Source: Octopus sinensis (lineage: Eukaryota). Taken from it: 64,000 nt of DNA. Positions within the stretch are counted from its first letter, which is position 1, and every line of letters starts with the position of its first letter. The stretch covers positions 29,264,001 to 29,328,000 of the forward strand of contig NC_043008.1 in assembly GCF_006345805.1 (NCBI RefSeq), written 5' to 3'. The notes under the pieces are model-generated. The model was not told where the DNA came from and ran no database searches. It worked only from the letters and a program-made list of their open reading frames with translations. Of the stretch, positions 11,708 to 26,689 are shown piece by piece. Position numbers and translations under genes: made by a program.

Positions 11708-12173
11708 TTATAAATATAGATGTTTGCGTGTGAATCCGTAAGTGTGCTTATTTATACGTGTATATTTGTTTTTCTTTTCTTCGTACTTGTGCCTAGTGTG
11801 AATGCGCATATATAATCTTTTATGTACACGTATTTGTGTATAAGTATGTTTGATTTTGATCGATTTGTAGCCAAACGTATACATAAAGACATATGTAATA
11901 CTGCTATCCTGAGTGTATTTAATTTATATAGCATATCGAAACCAATATCATAAAATACGATTGAATGAGTCGCAACTGCGTTGCTCTCTGTCACCATTGA
12001 TATTACCAAAACCCCCACCTGCACCATCACCACGCATAGAAGGTCTTATGCCACGTCGCTAAACATTGCAAAATCCCAAGTTATCGCATAAACAACCACA
12101 ACACACACACCGACACTCATAGTTATCTATCTATCTATCTATCTATCTATTTTTATCACTCTCTCTTTCTGTA

Positions 12174-12205
<32 letters not shown>

Positions 12206-13035
12206 CATATATACATATATACATATATACATACATACATACATACACACAAATGCATACATTCAGGCACAGACACAAAGCGGTACCCACATATACACAT
12301 ACATGTATATATAACCACTCTAATACGGTATCGACAAGACTATTAGATGCTATACATCACTGGTCAGAATGTGCTTCCAATGCTTTCTTGATTGCGCTAT
12401 TGCTTTCCATCTTGTCCCTAATCGCTAAACTAAATTTTCTCACCACTCAGCAACTGCGTGGTTGCACCAGTTGTCTGTGAACTTTGCTACATGTTAGATC
12501 CAGCGGAAATTGTGGTTTCGGTATTCTGCACTCAATTCGTTTCCGCGGTTCTGTTCTCTAATTAATCATTTCTAACACGCTCTCGTAAGGACATTCGTAA
12601 AATGGTTGTTTCCATGGTCTTTTGTATACTACCATAAATTTCTATATATTTCTTTTTAATTAGTACTAATCTCGGAGCTGATGAGAAAGCATGAAAATAT
12701 TGAGTTCAAAATCTTTTGTGTAGCAAAAATGTCAAAGGTGTGCTTAAATTTGTAGATATCGCTATGCATATCTTTTCTCAATGCTAGATACACTATTTTC
12801 CAGTTATGAATGTAACTGCGTACATGGCCATGTTGAGGAGACTTAAGTCTGCTAGTTCCATCAGAAGAACCTTGAAGTTGATCGACTAACATTAAATAGT
12901 ATGTCTAGTCTAGTTTGGTCTCTCTAGTTTGGGGTCACCTTGAACCTCAATATGTTTCTTTTCGTCTGTTCGTTTGACGTGTTCCTTAATGCAGAGGGAG
13001 GGTCAAATAAAAATTTGTACCCAAATATATATATA

Positions 13036-13082
<47 letters not shown>

Positions 13083-15651
13083 TATATGTAAGAATGTAAT
13101 ATGAAATTTGCAAAGAATATTGCAAACGTCATCTGATAAAGTGTTTGATGCTTTATTTCATAATCAAATTTGTCATTCTACTCCCAGTTTTACATCGTTT
13201 TGACTGTTCATAACTGTGGAAGTCAGATATTTCATTGGGGATAACGTCATGGTCCTATTTATTTATTTATTTATGTTTGTATTTGATTGGTATCTAATTC
13301 CTCGATACTGTGGTTTAACATGATATAGTCCACCGTGTTAGGCCATCTTTTGTGAAAGGTGGGAAAGGTGGGGGAGAAATCGGCGTTGTTTTTCCTTGTT
13401 GGATTCGTATAATTTTAAGTGTGATAGAGCTGTACGAATATATACTTGTCCGATATAATCATCTGGGTTTTATACTGTATTACACTTTCGAATGAGTAAA
13501 GATATTTTTTTCCGAATTTGACGCTATCATTCATTACGAATAGATCTATTCGGCATACTTGGAGAAGGATCCTGGGTGGCAAAAATTTCTGTTTTCTATG
13601 TGCTGAAATTAAAGCAGTAAATTATTCATAGATCTCTACTCATGACGCTTTCTGTATCCTCTCTTATATTTATATGGTAGTGTAGTGTGTGTGTGTATAC
13701 ATACGTATAAGTATGTGTATAATATTTTTCGTCATGTGTGGTATATGTTGCAGTTGTTTCTCTTTATGAATTCTTTATCTCAGTGCAGCATCATAAATAT
13801 TTTGCCAAGTTGATTCGCTATCTCTTTTTTTGCAGGAATATATATTAGATATTTTCCATGTTAATTTACCGCTCTGTATTTTATAGTTGTAGACGCATGG
13901 TTATAATTTCTCTTAATATATCTATATGAAGACTTCTGTATAGTTGGTCCGAAGGATAGTATTTAACAATAATTAAATCGAGCGTGATGTGTAAAGTGTT
14001 GGCAGTGATTATATTAGCTCTAATAACAGCTTGCACGTTAAATGTTTTACATTATTTTTATTGGATTCTTTCTAAAATTTCCAGACAGCTTCTGCTTAAA
14101 TGGTAGGAAATTACCAGTTTGTGAACATCTTCATAGCACTCTATTTATTGCGTTGCGTCTTTTTTTACACTTCTCTGGAATATTTAACTTTAACCTTCAC
14201 CCGTAAACACACTTTGCCGTAGTCTTTGTTTTTGCATTTTCAATTTCAGGTGCCCTGTAATCATATAAACCCGTTTTTAAAATAATCTCGACCGTCTTGT
14301 TTACTCAGGCAAATTTTAGTTAATAATTTCTCCTGAAAATATTACTCAGTTCCTTTTGGGTGTTCATATCAGGTCGGAGTAAACAAAAGGAGATTTGTCT
14401 TGGGCTCTAGCTTTGCTGAGCCAGCTGACAACGGATAAGGAATCACTAATTTTTCCCTTGTGATGCAGAAGCCGTTAGAAATTAGAGAAGGCATTATACT
14501 AAACTAGTTGAAACAAATATTATTAATTTTAGTAGAATTTTGAGCCTTTGCGTACAGGGTTTCTGATATCTTAATTTCTGTTTTGGCATCTAAACTTCAA
14601 ACTACATTCATCGCCGAAATACATACACACATACACACTAACACACACACTCACACACGCACGTACACACTCACATACACACTCATACATACACACACGT
14701 ATATAAACTATGTAATTATTTATATGTGTGTGTGTAGAAATATATATTCATATTTATAAATATTTACATATTTTGTATTTTTGCATGCGTTGTTTTCATT
14801 AATAGCATACATTTAAGTTTAAATCTTCTATTGATAGTTCTATGACTTTTAAAGGCAGTTTCGCAAGCTGCTTTGCTTCTTTTTTTCTTTTCTTTTTCCA
14901 CAAAACAAATTAATTGGTTGAAAGTCTGCTACATCGATATTTACTTTCCGACATTTTGATCATTACTTCAAAACAGAAATAAAGGAAAAAATTATTGGTG
15001 ATTTCTACAATATGGAATTGAACAAATTTTAAAAAAATGTTGGATGATAATTGGAATACCCGGCAGAATCGATGAAGCATCGGTGAAAGTTTTAAATATT
15101 CGGAGGTAATCGATTATATTTGTTTATGTTCTGATGTTAGCTCGCACTCAGCTCAGATTTGAATTTCAATATTTTGAAGTAAATAAAATTATTATATTGT
15201 TGATAATATAGACACCAGTTACATGCGTTGTCACAATCAATTTCGGTATATGCAGTACTCATGTAAAGGATGCGTCCTATGATTAAAAAGAGTAGGAAAA
15301 ATATTCATATAAAAGTAACAAACTTAATACATATAAAATATAAATATAAAATTGTTCCCAATTGAAATAAACTTGAGTTCAAATAAGTTTGTCTCGAGCG
15401 TATTTCAATGGTAACAGCTTTATATCTGTAAAAAATTACTGCTCAGTGCTTTTAATCCGTGCATAAAATATAATAAAATATCGAAAATTTGAGTAAATCT
15501 TTTAAAGTTTCACTATAGCTTTCGTCTTGAGACACACATCATTACGAAGCATTAGTAACATGATAATGAAAAAAAAAGCGTCAAATTTGTTTGCAGGTGT
15601 ATACTGAGTTAACTATTTTAATACCTAAAATATTGAAAGAAGTTAACTTAC

Positions 15652-15876
15652 TAAAGATACAAGACTAAATGAAATTCTCTGAGTAGCGTAAAAATACAAC
15701 GCTACAGCATACTTTCTGCGCAATGGATTGTAAATCGGAAATTCAGAGCGGTATGAGGTCAAGCGATTAGTCGAAGATGGTGGGATGAATACATGCACAG
15801 GACTCACAGAAAAGTCTTTTAAATTTTTTACGACCATCATACACACTCCTTCAGTATCAATAGTGACAATGGTTTT
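15652..15876 (-). CDS. Candidate exon 6 of uncharacterised minus-strand gene (KTIVTIDTEG...ISFSLVSL, 75 aa)
   Basis: 225 nt, stop-free, non-repetitive; acceptor TGTCTGTTACAG, perfect donor GTAAGT, phase 0-0. Confidence 0.65.
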
Positions 15877-16834
15877 CTGTAACAGACATACATATGTATG
15901 CATGTGTATATATATACATACACATATTAAAACACAAAAAAGACACACGCAGGCAAGAACACACACTCACTCACATACAAACAAGTTCCAAGACAAGCAC
16001 GTAACTACACACGCACTCTAAGGCACAAACGCAATAACGCGGCACACACAAACACACTTGTGTATATATGTGTTTGTGTGCATGTATATATATATATATA
16101 TTATATGTATATATGTGTGTATATGTATATATATATATATGTTTTTTATATATGTATATATACATATATTTGCATATATATGCATATATATATATGTGTA
16201 TATATGCATATATATGTGTACGTATATATATACATATGTATATATATATGTGTATATATATATATATATATATGCATGTATATATATATATATACATATG
16301 TGTGTGTGTGTGTGTATTTATACAAACACACAGATATTTATATCCGTGCGTATGAATCTATATATTGATATATGTATGTATGAATATGTATAAAATGATA
16401 TATATGCATGTGCATGTGTATGTTTCTCTGTATAAGTGAATGCGTGTGTTGATGTGGGTGTATGTGTGTGTGATCTTTGTCTGTATACGTGTGTGTTTTG
16501 CGTGTGGACTCTTAAGCCGATAGAAGTAAAAGAAATGTGACACGATTTGCAGCTGAAGCGGAAGAGAAGAAAGTGAAAGAGCAGAATATATTTGTCCAGT
16601 ATTGTGTCTATAGATTATTCTATATATTATATATGCAGCGCCTATAGAGGGAAAAAATTTCTTCGAGAATATGGACATTGCAGCCACATCATAGGCTGTC
16701 CCATCAACCCGTGACAGTTAAAGCATATTTATTGTCACTCCATAAACGGAATACAATATATACACATTCATACATAACTATACAATATATACACAAGCAT
16801 ATATACATATACGAAGTATACGCATACATATAAG

Positions 16835-16928
<94 letters not shown>

Positions 16929-17174
16929 GTTTGTATCTGTGCTCATATATACAATCACATACACACACACATATATATATAAAGAGAGAGATAGCGAAAG
17001 GGAGAGAAATGAGAGTTTGAGAGAGAACGATATGTAAATATACAATTTGCATGAGTCTATAGTGCGAGCCAGTAATTTATGGACATATCTACGAATCTGC
17101 TTTAATGGAATACGTTTTGATTTCTTTTCTGCGTGTTCATGAGATAGAATTTGCATCTGCATGAAAACACCTTC

Positions 17175-17219
<45 letters not shown>

Positions 17220-17412
17220 GCATGTATGTATGTGCATGTGTGTATACATATATGTACGTATACATATATATATCTACACATATATGTGTGCGTATATATA
17301 TATATGTATATATATACACATATTTTATATATAAGAATTATCTGTCATTTTATCTGTCTCTGTCCCTCTCCTATATCTCTGTCGCCATGTATATATATAT
17401 ATATATATATTA

Positions 17413-17443
<31 letters not shown>

Positions 17444-18239
17444 CATACATACATACATACATACTACATACATACATACATACATACATACATACATACA
17501 TACATACATACATACATACATACTTATATGTGCGTGTGTGTATGCAGACACACAAACGAACACACATATACTTAATTCACATAACCATATGTGTTTCGAA
17601 TATTTTTTATTTCGCAGTATATTTCTATTCATAAAAAAGAGACCAAGATGATTACATACACAGGCAGACTTCAGTTCATGTCCGTTGTAGACATTTTGGC
17701 GTCAGCGATAAAATAAAATCTGTTCCATCTATTTACCTTGCTGCATAAGGTTCACTGCTAATATTTTCAGTAACTATTGTCCCGTTACGCTCTCAGCTCA
17801 ACTAGCTCATATTTTGACCTCGCTTTTTATTCTTCAGCGATCGATGACATGAGTACTAATGTACGCATAAAGCATCATGGCCTCTGTTTTACTTGAAATA
17901 TTGCTTTACTTCTAAACATATAATGTCGCAGATGTTCTTGTGGAAAAAGTGCAAAAAAATTGAGTTTTTCATATCCGTAGCCAGGAAATTTATCACATCG
18001 CTAAGAAAACAATTTTTGTACTCGGGATACGAAACCCTAATTGAAATAACGAGGCGCGTCAATGAAAATGGTATCTATGTCAATTGAACTTCTTCGTTTC
18101 AAACTAGTCATCCTCCAGGAGGCATTAGTTGCCATGATAAACGAGGAAAAATATATAGGTTTACGTTGCAGAAAGTATATGATGATCAGCCTATGGCATC
18201 ATACCAATAAATGGTTGTTGGTGTCAAGTAGCCAGTCTA

Positions 18240-18900
18240 AATTGCATTAAAATTGCTTTTCTGCGGATCTGGATAGTGAAAAGGACGTGACAAGGAAACG
18301 AATAGAATAATGAAACTCGTTCTGAGTCGTGCTGAAAGAAGCTGGTCATCAACTTATGTAGATCCTTCTAGCGATTCTCAGTCTTTTAAGAGAAGTGTTG
18401 TATTCGAAGTAATATTTTTAGCTTTCAATCTCTCAGGTACTTTGAGACTGAGTAGTTTGTTTTATGCCTGTCGTCATTTAACGATAACTATTTTATTATG
18501 GTCATTTCACCCATTAAAATGCTCAAAATCTACATCTCTTTAACTTACCCAGATGTTCTGTATTTCTTCATGCAATATGACATACATGATTACGTTTCAC
18601 GTCATTAATATAATTTTAGGTAATAACTTAAACACCTATTTTCCTCCCATCTACCAGATACATATTATTAGATTTAACGACTTTTACACTTGCCTGTCTC
18701 AAATCGGGTTTCAAATCCAACGGCACTCATTTACAAACAAAACTTTTCGATACACAAAAACTTCTACCATTTTCTGTAAAGCATTCTGAGCACAGTCTAG
18801 CTGAGCAGCAACATCAAGATTTGTGACAGGTATTTTCATGCAAATCATATTCACTCGTAGTGAATTTGAGTCAAGGTCGTAGTAAATGGATTCCAGCTGC
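18240..18900 (-). pseudogene. Highly degraded mariner-like transposase remnant
   Basis: Scattered motif relics in order: K*VPLDL (WVP-like), FQHDSER (HDNAR-like), PFHYPDP (YSPDL-like); many stops and frameshifts. Confidence 0.35.
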
Positions 18901-19260
18901 ATGGTTGATTTTAAATACCTTTACAAATCGTTATACATCAGACGTTGATCTTGTGACTTGTGCCATAATCGTAAGCATCCTCCACTCGTCGTTGTGAAGA
19001 TGTAAATTATGACTCGAATTTTCTGGTTAGAACCAGTTAAGTACCTGCAAGGAAAAATATGGAATTTTTTTACAGATTTCATGCGCAGTGTATGTATGGG
19101 TGATTGCTTCACGTATGTTGACATGGATATATATGCGTGTGTTTGTGTGTGGGGGGTGCATTAATAATAAATGGAAAACATGCGAAAAACCGACCAGTAT
19201 GGAGAAAGCTTATCAGGACATAGTCTCAATGACTGAATACAGATGACAATAATAAAAATA

Positions 19261-19450
19261 GTATTTTCTACTATAGGCACAAGTCCTCATATTTTGGAGA
19301 AGCGGGGCTAGTCGATTACATCAACCACAGCATGCAACTGGTCCTTAATTTGACGACCCTAAAATAATGGAAGGCGAAGTCGACCGTAGCGGAATTTTAG
19401 CTCAGAACATAAAGACGGACGAAATTATGCTAAGCATTTTATTCGGCATA
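19261..19450 (-). mobile_element. tRNA-derived SINE (family B)
   Basis: GGGGCTAGTCGATT..CAACTGGT..GAAGGCGAAGTCGACCGTAGCGGAATTTTAGCTCAGAAC; homologous to 6595 and 45480. Confidence 0.7.
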
Positions 19451-19522
19451 CAAGCAATTTTACCAGGTCACCACGTATACGCAAACGCACCTCACGCATA
19501 TACACACATACATGTCTATGTA

Positions 19523-19557
<35 letters not shown>

Positions 19558-20235
19558 TTTTTATTTGTGTAAGGAAAGCGATTTGAATATGCAAATAAAC
19601 CTCCTATTCCATTATGCTGGTCACAGTCCAGTGATGCTTCCGGTGAACAAATTTTTAGGGGTTCCATCGAAAACTCTATCAATCTTCACTCTGGTCAAAT
19701 GTAATAAACAACCCTCTGTTAAACATCCATTTATGTTATATCGCCTGAAGAAATAAATCCATGAACACGATCTATCCGGTGCCTAAGAACTTTAGGGTCC
19801 CCACTGTCATCATAACAGGAATACGGACTGTAATCTTAAGAAAAATGTGATTTATCGAAATGTGCGTATCGGTGCATTAAGTTGCTACACATCAAATGAA
19901 AATTTTCCCAATGTAAAACTCACTCATGCAGACGGAGGATAATGGATCAAAGTAAGTATCGTTATTCCGGAGCAATAAGTCCATAGAAACAGCTGCTGAA
20001 ATCGTAAAACTCTACCCATTTAACTCCTGATATCATTTATTTTATATCTATATTTTATATCCATATACATTTCATTCTATATCCATATACATAAACACAT
20101 TTTCTATTAAATATATTAACATTCTCTGTAAGTCAACTTACCTAACTTTATTTTCATTTAATTTACACGAAATGTATTCTATATAGAGAACAGTTGTCGC
20201 TAACTTATGTGCATATGCATACATACATACATACA

Positions 20236-20269
<34 letters not shown>

Positions 20270-20290
20270 CGTACATATATATGTACATAT

Positions 20291-20338
<48 letters not shown>

Positions 20339-20594
20339 CGACGCACTTCATTGCACCCATAACAGATCAGCTGCTATTTCTAGCAAATTACGTATTTCGT
20401 GTACATTCACTTGATATATATGCAACAAAACTAGGCATATATTCGTACATATTTATACGCGTATGCATGTTCGTATAAGCAAACAATATATAAGAAACCA
20501 ACATATATCATCCGCTATATTCTTATAGAAAATATACATATATATATATATATATATGTGCGTGTGTGTGTGTGTATACCTATATACATATGAT

Positions 20595-20951
20595 GTGTGG
20601 TAAGTAGCTTGCTTTCCAGTCGCATAATTCCGAGTTCAGTAGGGCAAGTGTCTTCTACTACAGCCTGGGGCCGACCAAAGATATGTGAGGGAATTTGGTA
20701 GACTGAAAGAAGCCCGCCGTATATATGTATGTGTGTGTATGGTTGTTTGTCTGAGTTTGCTACCCCTCCCCCACTTTCGCTTGTTAACTGATGCTGGTGT
20801 GTGAACGTCCCCGTAACTTAGAGTTTCGGCAAAAGCAAACGATAGAATAAGTGCTAAGCTTACAAGGAATATGACCTGAGGTCTATTTGTTCGACTAGAA
20901 GCGGTGTTCCAGTATGGCCGCTGTCAAATGACTGAACCAAAAGAAAAGAAT
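20595..20951 (+). mobile_element. tRNA-derived SINE (family A), near full length
   Basis: Colinear with 23327-23730 from GTGTGGTAAGTAGCTTGCTT to GTCAAATGACTGAA. Confidence 0.85.
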
Positions 20952-21043
20952 GAACGAATATATATACACATATATATATATATACACACATATATATATA
21001 TACACATATATATATGTATATATATATATTCAGGTACATATTC

Positions 21044-21111
<68 letters not shown>

Positions 21112-21135
21112 CTGCATGCGTATAGAGAGAGTGGG

Positions 21136-21220
<85 letters not shown>

Positions 21221-21834
21221 ATATACGTTCATACACCAAACGTGCACAGCGTTCAGAAATAATAAAAACTCATTACGGCTTAGGATGTCAAAATGCATAC
21301 ATAACAGCGTCGTCTGTATACTTTGGCGTGTGATGATCAGAGGCTAGATCTATCACTTTGCCCTTTGCAGAACTACCGTTGTAGTAAAGTAAAATAACAT
21401 CTATTTTGAGAAGCCTCTACTTACGCATCTTCGAAGTAAACATTCACTATTGACAATAAATATCATTAGAGAACCACATTTTCTTCAGTAGTCGAATAGT
21501 AAATTACTATTGGGAGTTAAGGTTTTCGTTTTACTTCGATCCTTTAACATAATCCGTTGCTGCTGTCTGCAGTTACAGGTTGTTGCAGCATCAATGGCAG
21601 CAGCAGCAGTGTATTTTTCAAAATGATTTTAACGTTGTTGCTGCTGATAGTATTTGTGTTGTTGTATATTGTAGTATGTTGTATATGTATGTATGTATAT
21701 ATGAATGTATGTATGTATGTATGTATGTATGTATGTATGTATGTATGTATGTATGTATGTATGTATGTATGTATGTGTATATATGGGTTTGTTTGCTTTT
21801 ATCTCCGTGTGTGTTTGTAAGTGTTTATATATAA

Positions 21835-21876
<42 letters not shown>

Positions 21877-21894
21877 TTAAATATATATATAGGC

Positions 21895-21983
21895 AAAGGC
21901 GTGGCACTTTGGGGAAGTATCTTTATCTTCTAGTATAGCTTCACGCCGTCCAAAGCCTTCTGTGTGGATTTGGTAGAGGGAAA

Positions 21984-22030
<47 letters not shown>

Positions 22031-22390
22031 GTTTCCTCTATGAAATCCACACAAAAGGCTTTAGTCGGCGTGAAGCTATAATAGAAAATACTTCCCCTAT
22101 ATATATATATATATATATATATAAAGAGAGAGAGAGAGAGAGAGATGTATATGTATGTATGTATGTACCTATGTATCTATGTGTGTGTGTCTGTTTGTCT
22201 CCGCATCACTGCTTGTCAACCACTGTTGGTGTATTTAGTTCCCTGTAACTTAACGGTTTGGCAAAAAAGCCAATATAATAAGTACTAGGCTTTAAAAAAT
22301 TGGTCCTATGGTTGAGTTGTTCGACTAAAATCCCATCGAAGCGGTGTTCCAGCATGGATGCAAGCGATTGACTGTAACAAGTAAAAGTTT
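21895..22390 (+). mobile_element. SINE family A with an internal inverted duplication around (TA)n
   Basis: SINE middle 21911-21985, its reverse complement 22030-22097, then SINE 3' half ~22190-22390. Confidence 0.75.
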
Positions 22391-22707
22391 ATTCGCATAA
22401 ATGTATGTAATATATTTTTGCATTTATGTGCAAACATACAAATGTAGACATATACAGACACAGACACACACTCATGCACATACGCACTTTCTCACACACA
22501 CAAATACAAACGTATATGTGCGTGTGTGTATGCATACACGCACATGCGTCTATGCAAAAAGAGAAATGCATTCCATATACTTATATAACATGGAATTAAT
22601 AATGTGACGATGACAACGTTGGTATTTGGCAGTAGGTAATTCATGATAAAGTAGACTTTTGATTAAAATTGTTCTACCCACCTTGGAGATTTCTAGAACA
22701 AACTTAC

Positions 22708-22808
22708 GTAGTACTTGAAAGAACGTACTACGATGTGAAACTGCAGTATCACAGTTTGATATTCCTGGCATATCGAGCCACTCTGTTGTTGGGCACAGAC
22801 GTGGAAAT
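22708..22808 (-). CDS. Candidate exon 5 of uncharacterised minus-strand gene (FHVCAQQQSGSICQEYQTVILQFHIVVRSFKYY)
   Basis: AG acceptor (weak context), perfect donor GTAAGT, 101 nt, phase 1->0, bridging the neighbouring candidate exons. Confidence 0.45.
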
Positions 22809-23326
22809 CTGATTTACAAATTCATTCGGCAAACATGTAATAGCCTTTCATCTTAATGCACGGTACCTTGGTTAATTTAATCTTTCCATACCTTTGAGTT
22901 TGCCCATAGACATAGATGTTGATACACAGATTAATACGCATGCAGACTGCGTATATTTGCATGTTTGTGAGTCAGACGTTCAAATGGTATGCTGTCTGTA
23001 GTTTTAAAATTTTCATAAGCAACATACGTTTATACAAAATCATTGTGTATATCGTTTCTATTGAGTGTTAGTGTAAATAAATAAATTCTCAAATCACTAA
23101 TTTCTATATAAGGAAATCATTCAAGCAATTTTTGTTGTTATCAATCAGGGAGTCAGAGAACTAATGTGATAAACAAATCCGTGAGAGTCCCATATAGTTT
23201 TTGAGACAGATTTTCGAATAATTTCAATTGATTTATTTCCATATCTCCAAGAATGGGGAAGCAATCAGTATATATTCTCCTATTCAATCGTTCTGAAATA
23301 TTTCTATTGTTATTCACCGGAGTGTT

Positions 23327-23730
23327 AGGTGCAGATGTAGCTGTGTGGTAAGTAGCTTGCTTACCAACCACATAGTTCCGAGTTCAGTCCCACTGCTTGG
23401 CACCTTGGGCAAGTGTCTTCACTATAACCTCGGGCCGACCAAAGCCTTGTAAGTGGATTTGGTAGACGGAAACTGAAAGAAGCTCATCGTATATATGTAT
23501 ATATATATATATATATATGTGTGTATGTTTGTGTGTCTATGTTTGTCCGACCAACATCGCTTGACAACCGATGCTGGTGTGTTTACGTCCCCGTAACTTA
23601 GCGGTTCGGTAAAAGTGACCGATAGAATAAGTACTAGGCTTACAAAGACTAAGTCCTGGGGTCCATTTGATCGACTAAAGGCGGTGCTCCAACATGGCCG
23701 CAGTCAAATGACTGAAAGAAGTAAAAGAGT
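23327..23730 (+). mobile_element. tRNA-derived SINE (family A), full length with internal TA/TG microsatellite
   Basis: A-box-like GTAGCTGTGTGGTAAG, B-box-like GAGTTCAGTCCC, conserved body, 3' GCAGTCAAATGACTGAAAGAAGTAAAAG; multiple copies in window. Confidence 0.9.
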
Positions 23731-24027
23731 TATGTGAGAGTATTTCGATACCTGAATTTCCTAATGAGACGAGGTGGGTAGTTATTCATGGTCATCTGAT
23801 ATTGTTTTATGGGCAATGCCATTCAATACGCTCTACTAGAGCCGTAATTCTGTGAATTACACCGTGTTATAAAGTCTGACACTCGTGAATCTCAGAATAT
23901 AAAAGATTTTGGGTATATTTAACAATATACTTACATTGATACATGTGATTGTAAGATGTGCGAATATGAAATTATACGTATACCTTGTCTAATACACGTA
24001 TACCTCTGCATGTATCCATTTAAATAC

Positions 24028-24087
<60 letters not shown>

Positions 24088-26635
24088 ATACATATGCATG
24101 TATGTATGCATTTATATATGTACGCATGCATGTGTATTGTCACTAGGCCTTGTGGTCACAGTGATGTGGGTTTCGGGTGATTTGGGTTTCCATTCCAGGT
24201 GCGTTTGGTGCATTACATTTTCGCTATTGTGCGATCATTTCGACACCTGACATATGGCACAGCTTTCAGGCAACGTCGCTTTCATGAAGAGAGTGAGCTA
24301 GTGTACCACACATCCATTCGATCACCATAATCAAATCTGATATGCAAGTTGTTCTGCAAGAAATTGCAAAACTATCCGTCTCAGTCTATGAGACATTGCA
24401 ATAAACATGTATGCAGCTCTGTATGTGTGTCTGTATGTATTATGTATGCATGAATGTATATATGTATGTGTGTGTGTGTGTGTGTTTATTTATATTCTGT
24501 AAGCGCATACACTCGCACACATACGAGTACCACGCAGAGAAACCTGATCGAATTACAAAAAAATTTACTTTGCAAATATATGCCTCTACTTTCAATTCTC
24601 ATACTAATTAGCCTAGCGATTTACCATATGTGAGAATTCCGGGGAAGGTTCAACCATTTATACTCCATTAAAATATTGCAGCAGTCTGTTGACCAACAAA
24701 ATAAAATACTCATCGTCCAGCTCCACGGAAACCAATGTACATCTTAGTCCTGTTTGTTATTCAACTCTTCACAACAAAAGTTGTTGCAGAATTTCTTGCA
24801 ACGTATTACATTATTTATTAAGACGGTAGCTTGTGATTTGATTGTTTGGCGCTACTTGTAGCAAAATGAGCGATACCACCAATGCTTCCTTGCTGGTTCT
24901 TTTACGGTGCTTTTGTATTTATAATGGACAACAATATGTTTATGTTTATGGGCCAGCTGGTTATTGATCCTAAATTCCAGTGTTGAAAGGATTCTATTTC
25001 GTGCATAATATGCTTAATGCAGTTATGTGTTTGTTTCGGTGAATTTCAGGGTTGTTATTGTTTGCTCTATTAATATTGCTTGCAAATGTGATTGATGTGA
25101 TCATATTCCTTATTTTTACAACTATTGTTTTTGTGGCGTACGGGGTGCATGTTTGTGTACTCTGATTTTATAGTGTTTACTGTTTGCGATGCAACCATAT
25201 GATGATTGATATTGATGCAGAGATGAACTTTATAATTCTATGATGTTGTTTCTGTGTTTAGTCTCATCTTTAGCATAATGCTTCTACAGTATGTTAGTGT
25301 TTCTTTCTGTATAAAAACATTTTGATTTCTTTGTCCTTTCCAAGATCTCGATGCGATTTGTTCGTTTGCATTTGCTGCTGTTGTTGTGACTGTCTGTCTC
25401 TTTTACCCCGCCCCCCATAATATTTTCCCCATTCTCAATACAAATACTGGGCGTACAGAGAAAGAAAATATGAAATATGAGTCATCAAAACATGTATTTA
25501 TGTGTTTTGATACGAGTTTCATTAAACTGCGGTCGTGCTGAGAATACTGAACATTTAGTTTTAAAATTATTTGAACCAAAGTCAATATCGTTCAAGATGT
25601 GAAGAAGAGTGATGCGCCAGGTATTAAATATGGAGGATAAGTGTTTCCTTTCAAGTTTTTTGTTCGCTAAAGGCTGTTATAAACACATAAGTACGCACGT
25701 ACATTCATACATACATAGAGAGAGAGAGAGAGGCGGGGAGAGAGAAAGAGAGAGATAGAGGTGAGAGAGGAAAAGAGACCGATTAATAGATAGATAGATA
25801 AATAGATAGACAGATATTTTTCGACAACCTTCTGTATTGGTCTAATATATTTCACTTCCACATGCCTAATCAAGTGACGTTAAATGAAGTTTGCTAAATA
25901 TTTTCACATTAAATTATTCTGCAATGGCATGTGGATATCGATCATGCTATAATTATTATGTATAGCTCGTATGGCGTTCCAAACTAAATTGTTTAAATGT
26001 TTCAAGACAGTCTTTAAATATTTCATTGAAATAAATTTTATTATATCTATTGTAACATAACGAAGAAATGTTGTTGTAGGTATTACAATTAATCGTATTT
26101 ATATTTTATATTGCAACGCAATTTGTGGTGGAATACCAACATTGAAATCATTCTTTCATGGTTTCTAAAACTACTCATGGCAACGGAGGAACTCATCCTG
26201 AAACCTGTAGGACGGGAATTTCTCGTGGAATTCAATATATCAATTTTCTACTATGTTGATTTGGTCGGCTAGATATGACAGAATTCTGCAAGTTGCCAGC
26301 TGGTACTGAAAGAAATTGAACACGAAACTATAGTGCTTGTGAGCGAGCAACGTAACCACACTATTACGTTTGCAGTTATATCAACTAGGCTGTTATGTGT
26401 TGCCTAGTTGTTGTTATTGCGGCTGAACATGCAAATCATATAACCAAATATGTTCGTTTCATTCTGCATGCATGGTCTAAATTCTTTCCTAAATAGATAA
26501 AATCATATTTTGAGCGATATTTAGGTGCTGCATCTTTCGGAGCAATAGATATCAAGGCCGTCTCTCGGATAGCATCCCACTTGAAATAGAAACAATTTAA
26601 AACTTTCTTGAAAGCTTATCCTGCTTTGAATATAT

Positions 26636-26689
<54 letters not shown>

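Noticed and set aside
12656-12892. 78-aa non-repetitive minus-strand ORF as a further exon
   Set aside because: No good acceptor in the phase required and no strong donor.
13300-14560. Possible decayed retroelement ORF on the minus strand (similar impression at 24850-25350 and 26850-27200)
   Set aside because: Only vague compositional resemblance; no diagnostic motif recovered.
23153-23371. Minus-strand ORF (ISERLNRRIYTDCFP...)
   Set aside because: It begins inside a SINE head, has no usable donor and no recognisable motif.
23327-23400. tRNA-like A/B boxes (also 20595, 34149, 45480)
   Set aside because: No cloverleaf, and they run straight into SINE bodies; these are SINE heads, not tRNA genes.
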